This document shows positions 12,401 through 24,422 of a DNA stretch of 64,000 nt, piece after piece. The position numbers and the translations under genes were made by a program. Below the pieces are notes generated by a model. That model searched no databases, was not told the origin of the DNA, and worked only from the letters and a program-made list of their open reading frames with translations. The stretch spans positions 17,486,001 to 17,550,000 of the forward strand of contig NC_087251.1 of NCBI RefSeq assembly GCF_037042905.1, given 5' to 3'. Each line of letters opens with the position of its first letter. Position 1 is the first letter of the stretch. Source of the DNA: Lytechinus pictus. Its lineage: Eukaryota.

Positions 12401-15400
12401 CTAAGAAAATTTCCACAGAACTTTGAAAATCTAAGTTAATTTAACATTTTACACCAATGAAATGCCCTTCTACAGTCCATATTGCTAAAATCTAGTGTAT
12501 CCCAATTATTTGCAAGCATTGAAAGGAGGAATTATGACCTCTCTTATTTTGACTAAAAAAGATCGCGTTCTAAACGAATTAATGCACACTTACATGTAAA
12601 CACAAAGGTGAGTACATTACAGTCCCATGTTTGCATTTGTAAGCATGTTGATACTTGGTTTCTTGCGAAGCTATGTCTTTTCTAGCAAATACTAAGCAGA
12701 TATTTCTCTTTTTTTTTTTTTATAAATGACTTCTTAAACCACTCTTGAGAAAGTAAATAATTTGGGAAGGCATTTCATTGATAAGAAATATGGATTTTTC
12801 TGATATTTTGGCAGATAAAGGAAAGGAATTTTCTCACACTTTTTTTCCGGGTAGACTAGGTCTGCCCTTTCGTAGTTATCAGTATTTTTTTTTACAGTGT
12901 TTAAACTATATATACCCCTTCCCACTGACTTTGCCTGATTAAAAAACAAAAATAATTAATAATACAAACTAAAGGATATAAAAATAGAAATTATCCATTC
13001 CCAAGGCAAGTGAAAATTATTTGATTATATGCTTTCCAGTCAGAATAGACTTTTGCCACAGCTCTTAGAAAATATTTGTATTGGCTTCTTGAGATTTTCC
13101 CCCTTTCTTTTCCCCAATTTTCCTTTTCATTTTGTTTCATTCATTTTTCCATATGTTCTTCTGTTTCTTTTCTTTTTTCTATTTTTTCTTTTCTTTTTTT
13201 TCATGTTCTTTGTTTTTCTTTCATTTTTTTTTCTTTTGTTTTATTTCTTTAAAGGGGAATGAAACCTTTGGAATAAGTAGGCTTGTGTCGAAACAGTAAA
13301 ATCAAAGAAACAGGTCAACGAAAGTTTGAGAAAAATTGGACAAACAATGAGAAAGTTATGAGCATTTGAATATTGCAATCACTAATGCTATAGAGATCCT
13401 CAAATTGGCAATGCGACAAGGATGTGTGATGTCACATGTGAACAACTTTCCCTTTGATGGACTATAAAATACCCCCAAAATGTCTCTTTTTGCTTTTTCT
13501 TATTGTGATAAAAACTCTCTATCCATGATGTATTCTTTAACAAGTGGAATGCCTCTGGCCGTCTCACCTGCATCACGCGATTCAATATAGCAGCAGTGCT
13601 GATTTTGAAAACTACTATAACTCGCACAAGATGTTCAGTGATACTTGGTTACTCGTATTTCCACGTTTTATGAACTAGACCAATACACTTATAGAGATAT
13701 GATGGCAATTCAACAAATACCCCCAACGTGGCCAAAGTTCTTTGACCTTACATGACCTTTGACCTTGATCATGTGACCTGAAACTCGCACAGGATGTTCA
13801 GTGATACTTGATTACTCTTATGTCCAAGTTTTATGAACTAGACCAACACACTTTCAAATTTATGGCTGTAATTCAACAAATACCCCAATTTGGCCAAAGT
13901 TCATTGACCCTAAATGACCTTTGACCTTGATCATGTGACCTGAAACTTGCACAGGATGTTCAGTAATACTTGATTACTATTATGTCTAAGTTTCATGAAT
14001 CAGATCCATAAACTTTCAAAGTTATGATGGTAATTCAACAGATACCCCCAATTCGGCCAAAGTTCATTGACCCTAAATGACCTTTGACCTTGGTCATGTG
14101 ACGTGAAACTCATGCAGGATGTTCAGTGATACTTGATTAACCTTATGTATAAGTTTCATGAACTAGGTCCATATATTTTCTAAGTTATGATGACATTTCA
14201 AAAACTTAACCTTAGGTTAAGATTTTGATGTTGATTCCCCCAACATGGTCTAAGTTCATTGACCCTAAATGACCTTTGACCTTGGTCATGTGACATGAAA
14301 CTCAGGCAGGATGTTCAGTAATACTTGATTAACCTTATGGCCAAGTTTCATGAACTAGGTCCATATACTTTCTAAGTTATGCTGTCATTTCAAAAACTTA
14401 ACCTCAGGTTAAGATTTGGTGTTGACGCCGCCGCCGCCGTCGCCGCCGCCGCCGTCGGAAAAGCGGCGCCTATAGTCTCACTCTGCTATGCAGGTGAGAC
14501 AAAAATCTGTATTACATGCCCTCCTACATGTATATAAAGAATACATGATCTACTGATAGATGTGATAAAAGAGGGAATTTAAGTGAAATATGTACTAATG
14601 TAATGGGGAGAGTTGTTCACAAGTGACATCACACATCTTTGTCGCATTGCCAATGTGACGATCTCCATAGCATTAGTGATCGCGATATTCAAATGCTCAT
14701 AACTTTCTCACTATTTGTCTGATTCTTCTCAAACTTTCGTTGATCTGTTTCTTTAATTTTTCTGTTTTCACACAAGCTATCTTGTCCGAAAGGTTTCATT
14801 CTCCTTTAATCTTTTTTGTTTTCTTTTTGTAATGTTTTGTATCTGAGTTTGATACAAGCAAAATTTATTTACTTTAGGTGTGTGTCTATATGTACATGCA
14901 GATCAAAGAAAAAAGTCCGCACAACCTGGGAACAATACAATTCATTTATTCTCTTTCAAACATTTTATATTTACAATGATAGAACAATTTGTATTTTAAC
15001 ACAAATCAATTTGCATAATAATGTTATATTAATATAACAGCAACAAGGTTTACGCACAAGATGTACAAAGTGAAAGTAACTTAGTGGTCGTTTAGTAAGT
15101 TTTATTAATTTTTAATGCTTTTATTTTTTGGGGGCCATCAAACTTTAATTTTGGGCCACCAAAAAATATTATATGAAGGTTTTTGTGGCCTGAACAGGCT
15201 ACCACCAATAAAAGTTAATGTGGAACCTTGGCTTAAAGATTAAGAAAATTACGTTTTCCAAAAATTATTGTGATGAAGGTGGATTTCCAAGTGGTGGCCC
15301 GGGGCCATCAGAAATTCACCTCAGGCAACCATTAAAGGAGAATGAAACCCTTGAAACCAGCTGAATCCATATCAAAGAGAAAAATCAAAGAAATATATTG

Positions 15401-17964
15401 TTGAAAGTTTGAGGAAGATTGAATGAATAATAAGAAAGTTATGAGCATTTGAATATTGAGATCACTAATGCCATGTAGATCCTCCCATTGGCAATGCGAC
15501 CAAGATCTGTGATGTCACACACGTACAACTCCCTCATTACATTAGTACTTATTTCACTTATATTCTCACTTTTATAGAGTCTATCACAAGGTGAGGTGTT
15601 CTCCTTATGAGAGGACAAGTACAGAGGTGTCACAACATTATATCATTGATGAATCGTTTGTCATATGATTAGAATGAGCAAAAAGAGATGTTTTGGGGTA
15701 TATTTTCAGTGTCCAAAAGGGGAGAGTTGTTCATCTGTGACATCATAGATCTTGGTCGCATTGCCAATAGGAGGATCTCCATAGCATTAGTGATCTCGAC
15801 ATTCAAATGCTCATAACTCTTCTATTGCTAGTCCTATTTTACTCAAACTTTTGTTGATCTTATTCTTTGATTTTTCTGCTTTCACAAAAGCTAACTTGCT
15901 CCAAGAGTTTCATTCTCCTTTAATGAAAAAATGCTAAGTTTTGGTGGCCCGAAAAGGGCAACCAATAATTTTCAAAGTAGCACAATTTTTCTCCCGATTT
16001 TGCACGCACTTACATGTATCAACTTTCTACAGTTCAAATTGCAAGCCAGTTCGTCATGCACCCTTTTCCTTGATCTACACACAAAAAGTTTGCATAGTCA
16101 TGACAATACGTACTGCTATAGCATACAGTAGCTATTATCCAGCCGGCCGGCGCGGCCAGCTGGCATGAGCTTTGCTTGAAGCCATTGCAGCTGTGCACTA
16201 GCCTAGAATCAGGGAGCTGCCATACGAAATGTTGCTGCTAAAAATCTTCCACAGAACTTTGAAAATCTAAGTCAAAGTCACATTTTACAACAATGAAATG
16301 CCCTTCTACAGTCCATATCGCTAAAATCTGGTGTACCCTGATTATTTGCAAGCATTAAAATGAGGAATTATGACCTTTCTTTTGACTTAAAAAGACTGAT
16401 TTCCAAATGAATACACATCCCAGTCCCACGTGTGCATTTGTATGTTCTTTCGAAGCTGTGTCTTTTCTAGCCTAATATAAACAGACAGTTTCTTTCTTTC
16501 TTGTTTATAAATGATTTCATAAACCACTCTTGAGAAAGTAAATACTTTGGGAAGGCATTTCATTGATACGAAATGTGAATTTTTCCAACATTTTGGCAAA
16601 TATAGAGAAGGGCTTTTCTTACTTTTTTTTTCCAAATATAACTTTTCCGGTTTTCTTTTTTTTTTCTTTCATTTTTTTGGACAGTGGTTAAACTATTTAT
16701 ACCCCTTCCCATTGAATATGCCTGATTAAAGAATATGTTTCTACTGAAAAAAAATAATAACACAAAATAATTTTCATATCAATTAATTTTGTTTCATTCA
16801 TTTTTCTTTCATGTTCTTTTGTTTCTAGTTTTTCTCTAAATTGTATATATATTTTTTTCCTGTTCTTTGTTTTTTCTTTCATTTTTCTTTTGTTTTATTT
16901 CACTTCTTTCTTTTATTTTTGTTTTCTTTATGTAATATACTTTTGAAAATTATTTTCATTTGTTTCCCCTTTTATACATTGTTCTAATTTTGCAGCATAT
17001 TTTCTGCATGTGATTTTCTCCTGCTAAAATATGCTGCAAAGAAGAAAACAAAAATAAGCTGGATTTGGGGCCTGCATAATCTAGGTTTTAGGATTCAAAG
17101 AGGAAGAAAGGAAAAATTCATTGTTTTGTACATCTACACGTATCTGAGTTTGTTACGCATAATTTATTTACTTTACCATTTCAGAGTGTGTATCTACATG
17201 GAGATCTTAAAAAAGTCCACACAACCTATGAACAATACAATTCATTTACTCTCTTTCAATCATTTCATATTTCTACAGTCAATGAATAGAACTATTTATA
17301 TTTCACCACAAATCAATTTGCACAGTAAAACAGCAAACAAGGTTTAATCTAAATACAAAATGTACAAAGTGAAAGTAACTTGGTGGTAGTGGCTGCAGAA
17401 TTAGTATTTCAGAAGTCTGACTTATTCATTTTAATGTTTTTCTTTATATTTCTCAGGCCACCAAACTTGGTTCGGGCCACAAAAAAAAAACTCCTCGAAA
17501 CAGGCTGCCAGCTGTCTAGTCCAATTCAGCGTCCAATACATTTTCAATTTTAATGGGGATTCATATGGAGTCCTTGGCGTTTCCTATTTCACAACAATGT
17601 CGTGAAAATAAAATTTAAAAATTAAAACAACAAATCTGACGTCCGACCAATCGATACCCTATTCAATTGCGAGCGCACTCATCTCTGGCGGTTCGGCGCT
17701 CGCCGGCCTCCGGTACCGGTATCGGTACATACACCACGCCACACGGCCAACAAAGATGTGTAACAAGTGAAGTGGTCATTAAACATACCATGTGTAGCAA
17801 CCATCGGTGCCTTCGAGGGTGAAATTGATCGGTGTTGCTGCGTAGTACGGAAGCATAATCCTGGGAACGTTTAATTTGTGTCCTGTGCATGATGAAAAGT
17901 GTATTAAAGATGAAACAAAGATGACAACTCCAAGAGTCACATGGAGAAGACTGGACAACGCCAT
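3744..17964 (-). CDS. NUP210: Nuclear pore membrane glycoprotein 210 (gp210), exons 1-7, 3'-partial
   Basis: Exons joined by hand at GT-AG sites with consistent phases: 17964-17789, 11135-10996, 10501-10370, 7826-7730, 7067-6917, 5423-5291, 3872-3744. The protein has a signal peptide, then KLNVPRIMLPYYAATPINFTLEGTDGCYTW...[11 protein letters not shown]...[32 protein letters not shown], recognisably the gp210 N-terminus. Exon 8 was not found in the window. Confidence 0.95.
4430..5277. mobile_element. TIR MITE, superfamily not determined
   Basis: Imperfect TIR GTATCCTATTGCCGGACACCTTTA / TAAATGTGTCCGGTAATACAATAC; internal inverted repeat GATTCCGGACGCGC. Confidence 0.65.
5291..5423 (-). CDS. NUP210: NUP210 exon 6
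   Basis: 133 nt; DVKQSVVRLIVIDHLTLNPSQDIYILVHAYIYYSVEKIRQGKTT; donor A|GTAAGT. Confidence 0.92.
5840..6976 (-). repeat. 90-bp tandem array derived from NUP210 exon-5 3' end plus splice donor
   Basis: Minus-strand unit GAGGGTCTGAGAACTGGGTCAGCCAAGGTTGGGTCAAGATCAAATCAGCTGGGTTCAAG|GTAGGATGCCCTCTTGGGCTTCAGGTGATAT; exact 90-bp period over 6096-6726. Confidence 0.95.
6917..7067 (-). CDS. NUP210: NUP210 exon 5
   Basis: 151 nt; IVQFKDLPYDPPAHITTMEAGGKQGDRILIEGLRAGSAKVGVKIKSAGFK; donor AAG|GTAGGA. Confidence 0.9.
7730..7826 (-). CDS. NUP210: NUP210 exon 4
   Basis: 97 nt; [33 protein letters not shown]; donor AG|GTAAAT. Confidence 0.93.
8481..9548. mobile_element. Tc1/mariner (pogo-like) MITE, TA TSD
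   Basis: TIR CCGTATTTGCCGGCGTAAAGGCCGCA at both ends, flanked by TA. Confidence 0.88.
9762..10344. mobile_element. TTAA-flanked (Kolobok-like) MITE with long TIRs
   Basis: TTAA|AGGCATGGTCCGGGCTGAAA ... TTTCAGCCCGGACCATCCCT|TTAA; ~190-bp inverted arms. Confidence 0.85.
10370..10501 (-). CDS. NUP210: NUP210 exon 3
   Basis: 132 nt; [43 protein letters not shown]; donor G|GTGAGA. Confidence 0.93.
10996..11135 (-). CDS. NUP210: NUP210 exon 2
   Basis: TACAG| RSLRADVASVQPIDQDSGSGCSQKALVTALSTHPTQRTSVVFAEEL G|GTGTGT; absent from the ORF track. Confidence 0.9.
13253..14805. mobile_element. TTAA-flanked (Kolobok-like) MITE carrying a nested HINE
   Basis: TTAA|AGGGGAATGAAACCTTT ... AAAGGTTTCATTCTCCT|TTAA. 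Confidence 0.85.
13540..14505 (+). mobile_element. HINE/pearl-like element, copy 2, nested in a TTAA MITE
   Basis: Near-identical to 2665-3560; inserted into an A-run of the host element. Confidence 0.82.
15336..15919. mobile_element. TTAA-flanked MITE, young family, copy A
   Basis: TIR AGGAGAATGAAAC; near-identical to 33603-34185 and 51831-52413. Confidence 0.9.
17789..17964 (-). CDS. NUP210: NUP210 exon 1 (signal peptide)
   Basis: AAAATGGCG start context; MALSSLLHVTLGVVIFVSSLIHFSSCTGHKLNVPRIMLPYY...GCYTW; donor TG|GTATGT. Confidence 0.93.
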
Positions 17965-18202
17965 TTTCACTGTCACAGGAAGATAGCAAAATTGCGCGCG
18001 CAGCTAGCTAGCTGCACTATACTACCTATACTGCTATCCGAAATTCCCGCGGCTCACCGACATGCACACATCCTAGCCCTAGGCTAGCCCAGGCTAGCCG
18101 CCCTCATCCCTGAAAAAGGGCCCTGAACAGCAGCATCATTGCATCGAATTCCAACTCTATTCGTGTTTATTTCATATCAGCATTGGTTCTGAGGCCACTT
18201 AA

Positions 18203-21200
18203 CAGGGGCGGATCTAGCCTTCGCCAATAGGGGGGGGCCCGGAATTTTTTTTTGCCACATTTTCCCCGATCGGCCGCTCAAAGTTGATTTTTTTTTTGTT
18301 TCTATAATAGGCGGATCCAGGGGGGGGGGCCGAGGGGCCCGGCCCCCCCCCCCCCCCTATTGGCGGAGCAAAAAAAGAAAAAAGGGGGAAGAAAGAAAAA
18401 AAAGGATAAAGAAGGGAAAAGAGAGGGAAAAAAGAAGGGGAAACACCCGGGGAAACATTAGAGGACGAAGACGATCGAATGAAATAAGATGAGGGGAAGA
18501 AGTTGGAAAATAATCTTTTAAAAATCTTTCATGTCCCTATATAAAATTTTCGCTCGCGCTTTGCGCTCGCATAGCATTTTAGGTGATTTACATATCTTGC
18601 TCAATATGGAGCTTAAAATATGAAATTTTGAACTCAATATACAAAACATATTTCAGCTCGGAAATCGAACTTTCATTATTTTGTTTGATTTACAAATTGA
18701 TTTTTAAAAAGTGCTCTGTAAAAAAATTTGTTTTATGGTCTGAATATAAACATTTTCTGCTGATATGATTTGTCAGGTACCTATTATTTTCGTGTATTCC
18801 ATAAAGTTTTCAAAATATCCCTTTTCAGGTCTGATTGTCAAAACGTATCAGCTAGCGCGGCACGCTCTCATTTTGATTGGCGAGTTGTGTATGTCTCAAT
18901 ATTGATTATACAACAAACTACATGTACTTAAAATCCCCTTTTCATGACAGTTTATCAAAAAATTTGGGTCGCGATTTGCACTCGCATTAATGGTTAAAAT
19001 ATATTAACTGATGCATCCTATTTATAATTACAAAAAGACTTGGAATGTCCAGTTTTCAGGCCATAATGTCATCATAATTCGCGCCCTCATTAGCATTAAT
19101 TAATAAGATATTAATTTAATAATTAAATTGCCCCTGTTGTTTCATCTCGCGCTTAGCAAGAGGAATAGGAAGATATAGTCATTTTCATATTCATGTCCTA
19201 ACGATGTCCCGGTCCTATGTTCAAACTCAAAGTAATAATAATTATTAAAAAATCAGCTCTTTAAGTGTGATCCATATCAACCTCACAATTTTCCTACAAA
19301 GTGCTTGAAATATAGAGCTAAAATTTACTCTCGTTTCAGATCGAAATATCAAATAGTTTAAGCTCGCGCTTCGCACTCGCTTTGATTTTCATTATAAAAA
19401 ATGTATTTAGAATGCCTAAATACTAGGTAGAAATCTGAAACACGTGTTTATTCAGATACGCAGCTTGTTCTCTATTTAAATCATTATCCAGTTTCAGATC
19501 ACAATATCAAAAATTGTCTGCTCGCGCTTTGCAATGTAGGAAACTTTCCAATTACTCATCCTTTTCATGATTTACAAAACATGAATAGAGTGTCCAGAAT
19601 TTTTCCGCTCGCGCTTCGCGCTTGCATCACTAATTGTTTAGTTATATACTTATTCTTTTCACGATTAGAAAAAGTGCTTAGAATTTCCATTCTTCAGGTA
19701 GAAATGTCAAAATTTTCAGCTCGCGCTTCGCGTTCGCATTATTTGATAGTTAAAATATGTAACGTCTTCATGGCTAACAAGCAGCCGTTAACAGATCCTT
19801 TTTCTTATGATCAGATCAAAACGTATAATAAAAATTAATTAAAAAAATTCTGCTCGTGCTTTGCGCTCGCATTATTAATATAGGAAGATTTCCAATTACA
19901 TATCCTTTTCATGATTTACAAAATATGAATAGAGTGTCCCATTTTAGGTTTAGATCTCGAATTTTTCAGCTCGCGCTTTGCGCTCGCATCATTTATTAAA
20001 TTATATACTTATCGTTTTCCATTCTTCAGGTAAAAATGCCAAAATTTTCAGCTCGCGCTTCGCGTTCGCATTATTTGATAGTTAAAATATGTAACGTCTT
20101 CATGGCTAATAAGCAGCCGTTAACAGATCCTTTTTCTTATGATCAGATCAAAACGTATAATAAAAATTGATAAAAAAAATTCTGCTCGCGCTTTGCGCTC
20201 GCATTATTAATATAGGAAGATTTCCAATTACACATCCTTTTCATGATTTACAAAATATGAATAGAGTGTCCCATTTTAGGTTTAGATCTCGAATTTTTCA
20301 GCTCGCGCTTTGCGCTCGCATCATTTATTAAATTATTATACTTATCGTTTTCCATTCTTCAGGTAAAAATGCCAAAATTTTCAGCTCGCGCTTCGCGCTC
20401 GCATTATTTGATAGTTGAAATATGTAACGTCTTTATGGCTAAGAAGCTGCCGTCAACAGATGCTTTTTTTATCAGATCAAAATGCATATTAAAAATTTCT
20501 GCTCGCGCTTCGCGCTCGCACTCTTTAAATAAGGCTTATGATATTATATAATGTAAGGGGGCCCTCAGCACACACATATATATAAAGCTTAAAAGTGACT
20601 ATTAGGACTACCCCTTCAAAGAAACAAACAAAAATTAACTTCGAGCGGCCGATCGGGGAAAATGTGGCTGAAAACAAATTCCGCCCCCCCCCCCTATTGG
20701 CGAAGGCTGGATCCGCCCCTGATGAAGGGGTAGTCCTAATAGTCACTTCTATGCTTTATTCTTATAAATCAACATAAATATAAACTAATCTCATAAGCCT
20801 TATTCAAACTTTTTTATTTTATGTATTTTGTCCTGAAATTTAAACATTCTGGACAATGTTTCTGATGTTAAACGAGATGTGTATCAAACTAAATAATTAC
20901 TGCGAGCGCGAAGCGCGATCAGAATATTTTTTTCATATAGGTTTTGATCTGATCAAAAAAGGATCTAGTGCTTGTTAGCCATGATAACCTTACATATTTC
21001 AACTATCAAATAATGCGAGCGCGAAGCGCGAGCTGAAAATTTTGACATTTCTACCTGATAATGGAAATTCTAAGCACATTTGGTAATCGTGAAAAGGATA
21101 AGTAATTAAATAATAACTAAATAATAGATGCGAGCGCGAAGCGCGAGCGGAAAAAAATCGCGACTAGAATTATTTTTATTTTTAATATACGTTTTAATCT

Positions 21201-22670
21201 GATCAAAAGAGTATCTGTTAATGGCTTGTTAATGGCTGCTTGATAGCCATGAAGACGTTACATATCTCAACTATCAAATAATGCGAGAGCGAAGCACGAA
21301 CTGAAAATGTTGACTTATTACCTGAAGAATGGAAATTCTAAGCACGTTTTTTAATCGTGAAAGGATAAGTGTAGGCCTATAACTAAACGATTGATGCGAG
21401 CTTGAAGCGCGAGCGGACAAATTTGAGATTTACACCTAAAGATATAGGACACTCTATTCATGTTTTTTAAATCATGGAAAGGATGAGTAGGCCTAATTGG
21501 AAATCTTCTTACATTAATAATGCGAGCGCAAAGCGCGAGCAGAAAATTTTTGATAGTTTGTGATCTGAAATTGGATAATGATTTAGATAGAGAACAAGCT
21601 GCGTATCTGATATCGACCTAGAATTTGGGTATTCTAAATAGCTTTTTTATCATGAAAATCAATAAAGCGAGCGCGAAGTGCGGGCTTAAAATATTTGATA
21701 TTCCGATCTGAAAAAGGGTTGATTTAAGCTTTGTATTTCAAATACTTTGTAGGAAAATTGTGAGGTGGATATGGATCACAGTTAAAAAAAGAGCTGATAT
21801 GTTTCATTATTATTACTTTGAGTTTTGACATAGGGCCGGGACATTCTATAAGGACATTATGTCATCATAAATGATGACTATCTTCCTATTTCTCCTCCTA
21901 GCGCGAGATTAAACTTGTCGATATTCCATTATGAAAAAGGGACAACTTGATTATTAAATTAATATTCATTATTCTAATAAGCCTAATGAGAGCGCGAAAT
22001 TTTAGCGGCCTGAAAACTGGACATTTTAAGCACTTTTGTAATTATGAATAAGATACATGAGTTTTATCTTTTCAACAATCAATGCGAGCGCAAATCGCTA
22101 GCCGAAATTTTTGATGAACTTTCATGAAACGGGGATTTTAAGTAGTTTGTTTGAGAATTAATATTGAGATATACACAACTCATCAAAATGCGAGCTTGCA
22201 GCTCTAGCTGATATGCTTTGACAATCTGATCTGAATAGGGATATTTTGAGAACTTTATGGAATACAGGAAAATAATATACCTGACAAATCAAATTTTGCG
22301 AGCGCGCAGCGCGAGCAGAAAATTTTAATATTCCACCATAAAACATACATTTTTACAGAGCACTTTTTAAAAATCAATTTGTAAATCAAACAAAATAATG
22401 AAAGTTCGATTTCCGAGCTGAAATATGTTTTGTATATTGACTTCGAAATTTGATATTTGAAGCTCCATATTGAGCAAGATAATGTAATTCACCTAAAAGG
22501 CAAAGCGAGCGCGAAGCGCGAGCGAAAATTTTATATAGTAACATAAAATATTTTTTTTGATTATTTTCTAAGTCTTCCCCTCATTTATGTCATTCAGTCG
22601 TCTTCCTCTTCTTATGTTTCCCCTTCTTTTTTCTCCTCTCTTTTCCCTTCATTTTCTTTCTTGGGGGAGG
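18203..22670. mobile_element. CAGGGGCGGATC-terminated non-autonomous DNA transposon (outer copy, right end lost)
   Basis: Left TIR at 18203; the element resumes at 20724 after the nested copy; many GCGAGCGCGAAGCGCGAGC motifs. Confidence 0.75.
18306..20721. mobile_element. Same-family element nested in inverted orientation, 2-bp AT TSD
   Basis: AT|AATAGGCGGATCC ... GGATCCGCCCCTG|AT; internal ~334-bp tandem duplication starting near 19684, 20017 and 20351. Confidence 0.8.
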
Positions 22671-23715
22671 ATGGTGTCGATTTGTTCTCAACAAGCACCA
22701 TTGTCACCAGTAACTGTTTTCACAGAATTTGATTATTATTTTCCTGTCTACTCGGTTCCAAAGCAATCACGTCAGCTCGGCCTTAGATGAGTTTTAACCT
22801 TTAAGTATTACTAATGTTACTGGCAGGAAAATAATGTGATTTCATTTCATTATTTCCTTCTGCATTTATTATCATAACATAACAAACACAATGGTGGTGG
22901 CTTTTTTGGCATGAATTCTAAAATTGATACTACTATTTCAAACAAAAAATATCTACAACCAAATCATTATTACATTTACAATTTGCCGTAGAACAGTTGT
23001 CATCAGCAGATTGCTTGAAAATTAATTTATAAAGAAGAATGGGGACATTTTTTAAAACCAAAAAGTATCGGTTCATAATTTGAGTAATGAGGATGATGGT
23101 GACACTGGTGAAGATGAAGGCAATGAAGATAAAGATGACCATGATTGTGATGTTGGAGATGATTAAATCGGAGGAATGATTTCATAAAATAAATTGAAAC
23201 TTTGACACACAAATTTTACTTCAAATGTTCTGATGATAATAATAGTGAATTAACGTTGATCTTAACTGAGCAAAGAGATGATTTTTTTAAAGACTTATAA
23301 AGTCTTGTCAAGACCACGATGATGTGTTACATAGATCGCATTGATACACATGGACACTATTAGGCCTATATATCGATTTATAAAATGGTAATGCACCAAG
23401 CTTTTTCAGAAATGAGTGCATGAGAATAGCAGAATTCTGTAGAGGAAAACGAAGCAGGACACTGAGAACGATTTTTTGTTTACAAGGGATGTTGATGTAA
23501 ATTTGAATAGAAAAAAGGGGAGGGGAGGGTTCACTACAAAAAAGTACCCAGGTACCCAATTTATGATTTAATATACTAAATGATGTCATAAAACCAACGA
23601 GGTATGATGAGACCATGGACATACTACTAGGTCCATGATGAGACCAAATTAGATTCGGGACGCAAGGAGTGGGCATGCACCTGCATGGTGTCGCCAGTGG
23701 TAACACTCAGGGTCG

Positions 23716-23752
<37 letters not shown>

Positions 23753-24215
23753 AGTCGGAAACTTGGGTAGAGCCCGGAGTACGAAAAACGTGCAAGTGAA
23801 TGTACCATAATCTTATCCTATCTGTGCAGCAGACAAACAAAAATCTTTCTCCAAGTATATCCCTCACCCACCCCCAATTTTCAGAGACCACAAGTCTAAC
23901 AGTAAGTCTACCAGTAGTCTGTTCAAGTGTATGAGTATGACGTCAATTGATGAGATCGGAGGGAAGGAGGTCGAAGGGGAGATGCATCCCCATGCATGCA
24001 TGGTGAATGGATAACTTATATTAATTTCATGGATAGAGCTGATTTCGGGTTGAACATTTTTACCCACTAAAGCCTTCTTTATATTACAGTTTGGGCCTTT
24101 GGGACACTCAATCACTATTTCTCCATTACTGGTATATCTTGAAAAAGACTAGCGTGACATCCAATCATCTCAACAAAATGGCGACGTAGTAGTAAGATAG
24201 GATACTGGATACAGA

Positions 24216-24422
24216 ATGGATAGTGAATCGGGACTGTCGCAAAACCACGTTAATCAGATGAATTCTGGAACTTCTTCTGTAAATAACATCAGCGGTAAAC
24301 AACAAGATGATCATCCAAGACCCAACTACACAATACCAGGAATTTTACATTTTATACAACATGAATGGGCTCGTTTCGAAATGGAACGCGCTCAGTGGGA
24401 AGTGGAACGAGCTGAACTTCAG
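24216..24422 (+). CDS. STRN3: Striatin exon 1
   Basis: MDSESG...HEWARFEMERAQWEVERAELQ|GTAGGC. Confidence 0.93.

Larger units (their letters stand above)
12105..17490. repeat. Two diverged tandem copies of a ~1.6-kb unit (about 12105-15230 and 15295-17490), each interrupted by a different MITE
   Basis: Colinear similarity blocks at 12110/15298, 12375/16210, 12735/16521 and 14838/17140. Confidence 0.78.

Noticed and set aside
15439..15633. Three near-identical 64-aa ORFs (15439, 33888, 51934) as a small gene family
   Set aside because: All lie inside copies of the same TTAA MITE, begin at GTG, and have no recognisable domain.
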